The notes under the pieces were generated by a model. The model saw only the letters and a program-made list of their open reading frames with translations, ran no database searches and was not told the DNA's origin. A DNA stretch of 62,123 nt, the filler included, from Vannella sp. (taxonomy: Eukaryota): assembly GCA_023345925.1 (NCBI GenBank). It is 6 parts of 6 records of this genome, joined end to end, with 100 filler letters (N's around TTAATTAATTAA, not from the genome) between each part and the next. Parts side by side here need not be neighbours in the genome. Positions count along the whole stretch, not along the records: positions 27,577 to 34,407 come from JAJQQN010000301.1; positions 34,508 to 50,640 come from JAJQQN010001366.1; 4 more parts are not named here. One strand, written 5' to 3'. Numbering within the stretch: position 1 is the first letter of the stretch; each line of letters begins with the position of its first letter. The translations under genes and the position numbers were made by a program. This document shows, piece by piece, positions 32,401 to 42,924 of this stretch.

Positions 32401-34026
32401 ATGACGTCTCCGAGTGTCCACTCCCTGTTGGAGGCTGGTGTGGCGATGACGGTAGAGATGGAGGGTGGAAGGAGGTGTGAGAGACTGTTCCCACCTGAAA
32501 AGGAGATCACAAAGAGGTCGAGAAGGCCGGGCCAGGCTTGCGAACGTTGTAGAGCTGGCAAGCGCCGATGTGATGGCCTTTATCCTTGTCAGCGATGTCA
32601 GGCAGCTGATAAGACATGTATTTACCCCCCTCCCAAGTCTAAGAAGGACAAGAGCATCCCAAACGAAGGTCCAGAGACCGTCTCTCAGTCTGATTCCTTC
32701 CTGGTGGCTTCGGCACAGAGCCGCATGTATATAGACATCTTCTTCAATAGGATCTACGGCATCAGGAAGCTAATGAACATCGATATGCGCAAGTACGAGC
32801 GCCCCACCGACAAAGCCATCCTTCTCCAGTTCTACTCAGCAGCTGCGAGCACTCGAAGAGCCTTTGGGAACCTAGAAGATAACGGATTCGAAGGGAGAGC
32901 ACGCTCTCTTGCTTCAGAGCTGTTTGACGACATATCTGAGGAGACGGCTTTGGGATTCCACCTCCTCTCTTACCTTGTCCGCAGTCGAGACTCAGAGAAG
33001 GGCATTCACTTCCGTGAGATTGCATCATCCATGTCTCGCCAGCTTCTACGCTCTCACGAACTCTCTACAGAGTCCCGTTCGCGGTTGATTGGATTGGAGG
33101 TCATGAACCAAGGACTCCGGCCCATCTATGACCCAGAGATGAGCCGTACAGAGTTCGACCGAGTGGCTCGTCAAGCACGACAGGTGGTGGAGAGCGGACT
33201 GGGCAGCGAGTCGGTCATGCGGGACTTGATGGCGTTCTTCTCCTTTGGTTACGAGTTCCGCCGTCTCTTTGAAGAGACTGACCTAGACCCAAGTTACGGG
33301 GCTATCTCTCTCCGTAACGTCAGCCCTGAGCAGCTTCAGGAGCTCTCCAAGCTGATCGACGGGCAAGTCGGGCAGTTCATCAGGGACATGCTCATCGCCC
33401 CTTCTCACAGCGAGCTCACCTCTGCTTTCTCTGCTATGGGGAAGGCAGTCATTCTATATGCGGGACACTGCGCGGACGATGCGCTGAAGCAACTGTACCA
33501 ATCGATTGGGGTGATCGAGAAGAAGCTTCACATCTTTCCCTCTTTTAGTTCAATGGTGGCTGAGCTCTTCCATTTGAGCTTCTTAGTGGCTTACTCGTGT
33601 GGTGAGAACTTCCTGGCCAGTACATTCCATCGCTTTGAGAGTCTTCTGGCCAACTTTGTTCCTGCAAGTCAGCGGATTGTCGATCGAGACAGTCTTTTGC
33701 TCCAATCGATGAATTCCTGTCAAACGAACCACTTGATGGACCACAGCTTTCTGCAAGATCTTGACCAGGACCAGGATCACCGGCTCTTCGGATCAGAACC
33801 TCCCCAAATGCGAGTTTTTGAAATGGAATCGTCAGAGCCCAGCCCTTTGCTCTCTTCCAACTCCTGGCAGTGTGGAGAACCGGGTTCTCTCCGCGCTGAC
33901 ACCAGCGCCTTCTCAGAGACCACGTTCGAAGAGATTCTCCAAGGAGGGAAGACATTTCCCCTTCCCACGCCGGAAAGTTTTCCCGCCCATTCCGAAGATC
34001 TTTTCTCCATTCTTTCGGAAGACTAA
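32401..34026 (+). CDS. Zn(II)2Cys6 binuclear-cluster transcription factor
   Basis: ACERCRAGKRRCDGLYPCQRCQAADKTCIY followed by a helical region and acidic tail. Confidence 0.88.
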   Translation: MTSPSVHSLLEAGVAMTVEMEGGRRCERLFPPEKEITKRSRRPGQACERCRAGKRRCDGLYPCQRCQAADKTCIYPPPKSKKDKSIPNEGPETVSQSDSFLVASAQSRMYIDIFFNRIYGIRKLMNIDMRKYERPTDKAILLQFYSAAASTRRAFGNLEDNGFEGRARSLASELFDDISEETALGFHLLSYLVRSRDSEKGIHFREIASSMSRQLLRSHELSTESRSRLIGLEVMNQGLRPIYDPEMSRTEFDRVARQARQVVESGLGSESVMRDLMAFFSFGYEFRRLFEETDLDPSYGAISLRNVSPEQLQELSKLIDGQVGQFIRDMLIAPSHSELTSAFSAMGKAVILYAGHCADDALKQLYQSIGVIEKKLHIFPSFSSMVAELFHLSFLVAYSCGENFLASTFHRFESLLANFVPASQRIVDRDSLLLQSMNSCQTNHLMDHSFLQDLDQDQDHRLFGSEPPQMRVFEMESSEPSPLLSSNSWQCGEPGSLRADTSAFSETTFEEILQGGKTFPLPTPESFPAHSEDLFSILSED

Positions 34027-34407
34027 ACTGACAACTACGCTTTCTCGTATGTGAATGGATGCCTTCAGGACTGCTTTTGGGCCATTCGAACCGTCTAGGA
34101 CAGTTTCATTCTCTCAACTGTGGATGCAGTGACCAGAAGGGAAGGTCTCCAGTTACCGAAACATCTATCATCCAGCGGCATTCTTTGAGGCCGGTTCTCT
34201 GGGAGGATGAAATGGAAGCCCACTCTCTTGTTGAAGCCGTGGAGGGGACATGTGAGCAAGCCAGCACCTCATCACTGGCCAGTCACAATCTTCATCCGAG
34301 ATCCTGCACCTTCAGCGAGTGAGAGGAAGTAATAAGGCCATGCATGGTGATTAGATAAGTTACGAAAATGCAGGAGAAGAGATGGCGGGCCGAAGTTTCT
34401 GAAGAAG

Positions 34408-34507
34408 NNNNNNNNNNNNNNNNNNNNNNNNNNNNNNNNNNNNNNNNNNNNTTAATTAATTAANNNNNNNNNNNNNNNNNNNNNNNNNNNNNNNNNNNNN
34501 NNNNNNN
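34408..34507. other. Artificial contig linker
   Basis: N-TTAATTAATTAA-N. Confidence 0.98.
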
Positions 34508-35360
34508 CACCCTCTCTCCAACCAGATCGACTGCATTGACTCCAACTTCTTCTTCTTTAGGCTCCACTTCTCCCATAAGCGAGTCCCCTACCTCATCCAT
34601 GAGCTTCAGCAATAGTAAGAGTGACCTTCCAAGTCCTTTGCGCGACAGTGAGTCGCCCTCTCCAAGCCCTTCAGAACCGCCCAGCATTCTTGAGAGCAGT
34701 TCGCCTTCCGTCAGCCCATCCATCACGGCTCTCCCCTCAAACAGTCCTTTACGGATTGTGAAGATATTTCCCTCCGATCTCACCTCCAGTGAGCTGGTGA
34801 AGCTTGCTGGGTTACCGGGAGAGGCTGCAGTGGGAGCTCTTTTCGTCCCTCTCAGCCTGAGCAACCAAGACAACACCACTTTAGTCACCACATACTCTGA
34901 TAGTACCAGTGGCAACTTTTCTGACCCAGCACTGGTGAGCACTACACTGAGCATCGTACTATTAGACGACCAAGGCGAGTCCATCAAGGAGTTGGACACG
35001 CCACTGACCATCTGTTTGGCCCCTTCCATCAACGTGAAGAAGAACCAGGAGTTTTGTCTGAGCTTCTACGACGAGGACAGTGATCAATGGAGATGCGAGG
35101 ACAAGTATCTCACCAAACTCTCCAAAGGCGGGCTGGCACAAGACACGAGAAACCTTCTGTGCGGTAAATCGGGCCATCTCACAGACTTTGCCCTACTCTT
35201 GACAGGAAAACGCCAGCTATCCAGCAACGACTCCACTCTCTCGTGGGTATCACTGGGAATGTTGATTGGAGGTATCCTGGTGGTAGCTCTTAGTGTGTTG
35301 GTGGTGGAACTGCATTTCCGGTGGAGAGCGTACCGCAAAGCAAGTTTACTTGGTAAGTGA
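34508..35360 (+). CDS. 5'-truncated Ser/Thr-stalk, GPS/GAIN-like, single-TM surface protein (paralog of 42925-46315)
   Basis: CLSFYDEDSDQWRCED...LLCGKSGHLTDFALLL (GPS), one TM, short basic tail. Confidence 0.85.
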
Positions 35361-35608
35361 TTTCTCAGTCCTTTCTGGGCCATTCACTCATTCAAATGGA
35401 TTGAACAGAAGCCGTCTCGAAACCCGTTTAGAGTTTTCCTCATAGCTACCTAAAGGAGCGAGATATGAGAGGATTCGCCTTAGCACACTCAAAACCTCGA
35501 ATCCCTCGAAAGAGAAGAGAACTAGAGAGCCTTTCTTGACCTTCTTGACCTTCTCAAGTGGCCATGGTTGTAATGGAATCTGTTCTCTCCAAAGTGAGTT
35601 GAATTGAC

Positions 35609-37262
35609 TTAGTGTATTGGCATGTCCACTACTCGGACCCAGCCTTTGCGGAGCTGGTTGGGAGCTGCCCATAGTTCAAGGAGACGGCACTCTTTGGGGT
35701 TATTCATTGCTTCGGGGAGTAGAGTCTCAATGACTGTGTAAGCCACGGGTGGCTTCTTTTCTTTCATTCCTTGCGGCTGTTGCAGGAACTGGAAGTGAAC
35801 ATCTGAGTTCCGCTGATGCCTCAACTCAATATGGGTGGGAGAGTCCTTGCGGAAGATGAATAGAGATGCTTTGGACCGCCGGAAGTAGGGAGAAGCTTCC
35901 GTGGCCACGCGATTGTTTGCATGTTTCTTCACCCAAACCAAGTTCTCAACATACACGAACTTCCATTTGCTCATCACTTTGAAGATGGCCGGAATGTCTA
36001 CTTTCTCTACCCAGATGAAAATGAATCCGGAACTCATTTGCTGATGCGGGAACTTCAATTTGCTCTAAGTCGGGTGAGCTAAACGTTCTTTCCTGGTATT
36101 TGACTTACGAATTGCTTTGAGGTGATGTAGTCGGAGTCATTTTCAGTATCTGGTAGGTGAGCAGGGCGCCAGGGCGGGTCCATTAAGACGGCAAGAAAGT
36201 CAGTTGGAGGAAGATCCTTGAAGTTCCAGTGAATGATAGGCCGATTCATGTATCCATAGTAGAGCTGCTGCTCGTCCAACTCCTTCTTTTGCTCCCTAAT
36301 GTGCTTCTCGAGACCGTAAGGAGCAATGGCTCTCGCCCAAGATTTTGGGATTGGATTGGGGATCTTTAGGTTAAGTCAGTAAGAGCCCCAGAGATGACGC
36401 ACAAGTCTTACTTTTGTCAGGATAGGTTGAGTGGGGTCCTCTGCTCTATTTGCAAGTGAGACACTCTTGAGTTGAGAGGCACAGAAAAGCGGAATGCGCA
36501 CTCACTTGACTCGTTTCTTGACAGTAAAGCTGTTACCATCAGCACCTTGGAGTTCATACGAGACAAAAGCATTGGCGTCTCGTTTCCTCTGCATAGCGGA
36601 CTTGCCCATCGAGGTTCCAGAACGTTTCCGAGAAGCCATTCGGACTGGGGCAGAGCCAGAAGAGCTCCATTCGTCTTCACTTGACCCTTCGCTTCTCTCG
36701 CTACTTGGATATCAGCAACGTGTTACGCCTGAAGCCCCCCTACCTCAGATCAGCCCATTCTGGAAGAGGTTCCTCTTCCATCTCGTCGTCCTCAACCTGT
36801 GGAGCAGGAGCATCCTCTGCCGTCTGTACAGAGAAGTGAGATGTGATATGGAACATCGTCTCCAACTGCTCCTTGGACATCGGCGTCGAAATAGCCTCTT
36901 CTGAGCCTTGGAGTACTGTCTGAGGCTCCGTCCCGCTTGGTACGGAGCCCGCACCTCCTTCCTCCATCTCCACATCACCAACGTCATCCATATGTCCCTG
37001 TTCTTGCTGTGCAAGCTGCTTGTTGTACTCCTCCAAAGCCAGGAACTTCTTCTCAATCATCTCCGCGCTCTCCCCGTCCTCCACGTAGCCCAGGTACCAC
37101 GCAGTGCTATCCCTCCTCACTCAGTAGCTCCCCCACCACACCCCTTCCTCCTCACCTCGGCTGAGCCGTCTTGTCCGTCGCTTTCCTCTTCGGACGAGCA
37201 AAGAAGTCGCGGTCCGCCGCCTCGACGATCGCCAGCAGCTCCGCGTGGTCCGGTTCGTCCAT
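35609..37262 (-). CDS. MT-A70 family adenine methyltransferase-like protein, probably MTA9/AMT6-7 type
   Basis: Multi-exon; WYLGYVEDGESAEMIEKKF, LMDPPW, GFIFIWVEK, YVENLVWVK, ELRHQRNSD, IETLLP, LLELWA...RKGW. Confidence 0.8.
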
Positions 37263-37324
37263 AGAATGAACCATCTCACTCCCCAACCTCCATTTGTCTG
37301 TCTCCCCGCGCGCCCAGCACGAGG

Positions 37325-40300
37325 ATGGCGTGGGGGAGCTTGCAATCGTTCAACCCGAAGCTCTCTGACGTCCCTTTGGAGGGGGAAGTGATCCTGGACA
37401 AGCGGCGTAGGCCTATCACGGATGCTGTGCTGCCCAGGAGCACGCTAAGCTCACCGCATTGCAAGCTTTATCAAGAGAAGGGCGGCGATGGTGTTCTGAC
37501 GTGTTATGTGGTGGACTTGGGAAGGTGAGTGTGTGATCTCTACAGAGCTTGCTCTGTGGAAGGCTGCTGAAGGCGCTTTCACTGGCTAAGACGAGGGGCA
37601 GTCGAAATGGGACCTTTGTTAATGGAGAGCGGCTTGTGGCGGACCAACCACTTGTGCTACATGAGAACGATACCATTACTCTTGCTATTCCTAGTATCAC
37701 TCACCCCAAGTACGAGAAGGAGGGTGAGTTCCACTCTTCTGCCTTGGCCTTCGCTCACGCTCCTCCTTCGTACGAGCAGCTCACTTCGCTTACTGCTTCC
37801 ACATCGTCTCTGCGCCGTCTCCTTCAGCTTCAGAGACGGGAGCGACCACCAAGAAGCGCCGTGCGGTGAGTTGGCTGAGGTTCGTTGGGCGTTCTCTGAC
37901 TGGTGGCGCAGCCTTCCAAGTTCGACCAAAAGAGCAAGTTAGTTAGCTCGAATCGCGGAGTCTCTGTAGTTGCAGGCACTGGAGGACGCTTCTCTGGCAA
38001 GACAAAGGCTGCGGAGTCTCCCGACGAGTTCGTAGCTCAGTTGCGGTTCAAGAGCGGCTCTGCTTTGCTGGAGAGTCTTGAAGAAGCTATCAAGAAGAAC
38101 GACTCTGAGTGGCTAGCGAGCTTCTTGGAAGTCAAGGGACTGCAAGCAGTCCTTCAAGAGCTCGAACTTCGCCTAAAGAAGCCTATTCTCACCAATCTGG
38201 ACAAGATGATCAGCTACCACGCTGTCAAAGTCATTCACCAGATCATGCAAGCTCCTGTTGGCTTCCACAGCATCCTACGAACTCCCAATGCCTTGGGGAT
38301 TATCTCCTTGGGCTTGGCCTGTGACCACGTGAAGCTCCAAGCTCTGATTCCTCTTCTATTCGCTGCTGTTGCGTGTATCTCCTCTGAAGGACATGCAGAG
38401 GTCCTCTCAGCGATGAACTACTTTGCGAAAGAGAAGAACGAAAGAGTTCGCTTCAAGCGCCTCATCACCTCGTTGAAGACAGAGGACGATGTGGAGTACA
38501 AGATCAACGTTATGCGTCTTATCAACGCCTTGATAACAAAGGAGGAGCAGTTGGAGGCCCGCAGCGCTCTCCGGCAGGAATTCAAGTTACTGGGCCTTCT
38601 GGATATCATCGAAGGACTGAAGTACGAGGACGATGCCACCTTAACCAATGAGATAGATGTGTTTGAGGATGATATGGAAGAGGACAGCCAACAGAGCATT
38701 GTCAATAATGTTGATTTATCGGACCCTTTGGCTATCTGCCGTGCCCTCGTGGCCCAGACCCACGGGAAGGCGTTGCAGTATCTTACTGAGATATTGCAAC
38801 AGCTATTCGCCATCCCTATCGGGACAAGTGAGGCATTGGGCACTTGGAGACTTGCTGAAGATGTCATTCGTTCCTCGACATCCGCAGAGCCTCAAAAGCA
38901 AGCTCCAAAACTGGACTTTCAAACCATTCGAAAGATGAAAAAGGTGGCTCCGCCCACAGATCTTGTCAAGGAAGACCAGGATGCCCTCCGCAGTGAGTTG
39001 CAGACTCTGCAAGAGGAGATTAGCCGCTCAAAGTTGGCTCACTTGCAAGAGATTAACGATGTCGTTGACAAGGCTGCAGCGGAGAAAAAGGAGCTCCAAC
39101 GTTCCTTAGAGTTGGAGATTGCTTCCCTTCGGGAACGTCTGGAGTCTGTTACTGCTAGAGCAAGTGCTTTGGTGTTACCAGTTGTGCCCACTGAGACCGG
39201 AATTGCTCCAGGAGAAGCGCCCCTTTTAGTGATTCCTCCACCTGATATTGCTCCTCCCATGATGGGCTTGCTTCCTCCCCCTCCCATGCTTGGAGGAATG
39301 CCAGGAGCTACGAGAACTAGCTTTGCTGACAGCTATCCATTCCGTCCAAAGGTCCAGATGAAGAAGTTCCACTGGCAGCCTGTGCGGGCAAGAGATGTGC
39401 CAGAGACAGTGTGGGAAGATGTGGACTTCTCGGATGTGAAGTTCCTCGAACCAACAGAGTTAGAAACTCTCTTTGGTGCCAAACAGAAGTCTGTGGAAGA
39501 GAAGTCCGCCAAATCAAAGGAGCCCGAGAATCCATACCAGAACATGATCGATTTGAAGCGCTCCAACAACATTGGTATTATGCTCAAACACTTCAAGATG
39601 GCCCCCTCTGCTATCAAGAAAGCTGTGCTTGCTGTTGACGAGTCAATCTTGACAGCAGAGAAGATCTCCCAGCTGTGTAGGAATGCACCTTCTCAAGAAG
39701 AAGTCGAGTTGCTGTCCACCTTCTCTGGTGATGCTCGGGAATTGGGCAAGTCTGAACAGTATCTTTTGCAGATGACTGGCGTTCCTGATGTCACAGAAAG
39801 GCTTGAACTGCTTCAATTCCGTTCAACCTTCAACGAGATTTGCGAAGATCTGAAGTTCCACTTTGCTACAGTCATTGAAGGAGCTGATCAAGTACTCACT
39901 TCTCGACTCCTGCGGGAAGTATGCGAATTGATCTTGGCGGTGGGTAACTTTATGAACTACAGCCAATGGAAGGAGCCTGTAGTAGGCTTCAAGATTGAGT
40001 ATCTTACAAAGCTTGCAGACACTCGGACTACCGATAATGCTTTGACTATGATGCATTATTTGACCGGCTTAATTGCTGATAAGCACCCGGAGCTTCTCAA
40101 TCTGGCGCAAGAGCTAACAACTGTTGGCAACGCTTCTCGTATTCCTGTGGCAAAGTTGAATGCTGACATTGCGAAAATTGCCAACACCGTGAGCCAAATC
40201 AAGCGGCTCTTGAAGAAGGAAGGCGACGCAGTGGAGGGAGATAACTTTAAGGAGGTGATGCTCTCCTTCTCTCTTCATGCCAAACGAGAATTGGACACTC

Positions 40301-40926
40301 TGAATGACTTGAAAGCCAAACTCCAAGTACTATCGGATAGTCTGTTGAAGTATTTCCCTTTCAGTTCCAATTTACCTCTCGAGGAGTCCCTTGGCGTTAT
40401 TTCAGAGTTCCTTTTGACCTATTCAAAGTCTCACAATGATAACGAGCAGCAGCAATCAAACAAAGAGATCCAAGAGCGGATTGCGCGCAAACGTGCGGAG
40501 CGGGAAGAAGTGCAAAGAGAGAAGAAAGAAGAGAAATCACTTCTCCGCCCCGGCGCTCGTCCCAAGCGAGGTCTAATGGACGGAGCATTTGCCACAATCC
40601 GAGGAGGTGGAATGAAGACGATCCGCACTAAACGCGCTAAGCCAGAACCTGAACGCACGACTCCCTCTGCCCAAGAAGAAGTCATCTCCACCCCAGCAGA
40701 GAGTCCCAACGCACTCAACTTGGACCAATTGTCTCCAAATTCAGAATCTCAACGAGAAGAAGTTTCTCTTGTTGCCGTTGAGGTCCCGCTACCAGCAACT
40801 CAACCTGCAGAGGAGGAAGTGTCACACACTCCTCTTGCAGTCCCAGCTAGCTTGGAAATAGACAGCGCCGATTTGCTGGAAGAGTTGCTTGCCGAACTGG
40901 ATGAACTTGAAGGATTGGACTTTTAA
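37325..40926 (+). CDS. Diaphanous-related formin with N-terminal FHA domain
   Basis: Three introns join FHA (LSSPHC...DLGSRNGTFVNG) in frame to GBD/FH3, short FH1, FH2 (MKKFHW, NIGIML, LAVGNFMN, GFKI) and DAD-like GLMDGAF. Confidence 0.9.
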
Positions 40927-40993
40927 GGAGTTGCCTATCGTCTGGACTGCCTTTTGGACCGTTTCGAAGCGTTTTGACTAAACGGTTGGTCGT

Positions 40994-42479
40994 TTATTTG
41001 CCTTTCTTCTCCAAAGCAGCTTTGGTTCTCTTTATGGCGTTGATTCGCTCGACAAGGGTGGGATGGGAGAAGCGGTACATCGAATAGAGTCGGTCGGGGT
41101 TCAAGTTACTGGCATTCTCTTTGTGAATGGCAACTAACCCGCTGGTCAGATCGTTTCCCAACCCAGTGGCGAACTCATCGGCCTGATACTCAAAGCGCCG
41201 GGAAAGGGAATAGAGGCCCAGCGATACAAAGTGATCCACAGGCTCAAAGAGGAGACTGAACAGGGTCAGACTGATAAGAACTGAAGAGGAGGAGAACCCA
41301 AAGCTCTGGTAGAGCGCCTCATTGTTCAAAAAGAACCCAAAAGTGTAAAAGAACACTAATAAATGAGACAAAGAGACTGCCAAGTTCTTCACCGTGTGAT
41401 TCATGAACCAGTGACCCAGTTCGTGCCCAACAATACCAACAATGTCTTCGGTACTGGCATGCTCAAGAAGTGTGTCGTACAACACAATCCTCTTGTTCTT
41501 AAAGAACCCAAAGAAGTACGCATTGGAGTGACCAGAACGAGTGGAACCATCCACTTTGTAGAGTTTGGTCAATGGGAAGTCCAGGCGAGACGCCAAAGCT
41601 TCAATCTGGCTCCGAAGTTCGCCCGATTCCAGCTCAGAAAACTTGTTGAACAAGGGAGCGATGAACGTTGGGTAGATTGTGATCATCAGAATCATTACGG
41701 AGACCACAAACAACCAGACATCTGAGCTCAATCAGTTAGGATGGAGAAATGGGAGGAAGTGACATTCCCTACAGAACCAGAAGAACTCCCCTCCCCATTG
41801 GATCACCAGAACAAGACCAGAAAGGATCGGTCCTCCAAACAAGATGATCAACGCTGTCACCTTCACGTGGTCCAGGAAGAATCCGAGCAGAGTCTGCTTG
41901 TTGAATCCGAAGCGCTGCTCGATCACGAAAGTCGAGTACAGAGCCACTGGCATAGTAATGATGTCACGGACATAGTACTGGACGAAGCAGAACACCAAGC
42001 TGCGGATGATCTTGACCCATAAGGTCAGAAGGCTCCCCGAAAGAACCGAGAGGGAGAGGGACGAGTACCTCGTTCTTTGCGCCCAATCCCACCAGCTGGA
42101 GAGCTTCCAAACTCCACTCCCAAAGAGCTGGGAGAAGGCCAAACCAAAGCACGGAGAAGTCCAGCAGGAAGATCAAGTTTCCTGTGAGTAACGCGAAAGA
42201 GCTGCCAGTTTGGTCAGGAATAGGCAAAGGAGGCAAAGGAACGAACCTCTTTGCCAAGTTGTACCGTTGAGACTTGTCAAACTCTTCCTGAGAGACGTGA
42301 GAACGTAGCGCTAGAGGAACCTCTGAGCTTCGGAAGAGTTTGTTCTGCCGCCAATCCAAGTACACGCTCCACACGTGTTCCAACACGGAGAAACCTTTCC
42401 ACACATGTCAACTTTCAATCCTCAGACATGCTCCTTTGACTCCCTCACCCATGATGAACCCGAAGAAGGTCACGCTCAT
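40994..42479 (-). CDS. STE24: CAAX prenyl protease 1 (M48 metalloprotease)
   Basis: YLDWRQ, IEQRFGFNKQT, DGSTRSGHSNAYF, GHELGHW, SRRFEYQAD, SHPTLVERI. Confidence 0.95.
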
Positions 42480-42924
42480 GCCTCAGTCAATCCCAAAAGA
42501 AATGACTCAAAACGCTCTAAAAAGCGTTTTCTATTGAATGATTTGCCATTTATCTTCACTGCCTTCTGTATGAGACAAAGAGAAGATCCACGAGTGAAGG
42601 GGAAGAGGGCAGAACTTGTGTTTGTGTAGCTTGCCCTGATGACCTCCATCTCTTCAGGATAAGCTTTTGGACTGATTTCATTCTTTTCGTTTTGGATGTT
42701 TGAGGACCCAAACAAGGGGAAATGCTTCTCTTCGACAACCAGCCCACGCCCAATAATCACCAATCTGAAGTTGGCCACTTCCACAACACTCACTGTGACC
42801 TGGGTGTGAAATGCCCTTCCGTGGATTTGGAGGGGATCTCGATGAAATTTCGGGAGAAACGTTCCTTGAAGTAATCTGCACACGCGCTGCTGCTCATCAC
42901 TCCTTCTCAGCGCACAACTTCGGC

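Noticed and set aside
40994..42479. Functional link between STE24 and the CaaX selenoprotein
   Set aside because: Different contigs joined artificially; STE24 is a universal housekeeping gene.
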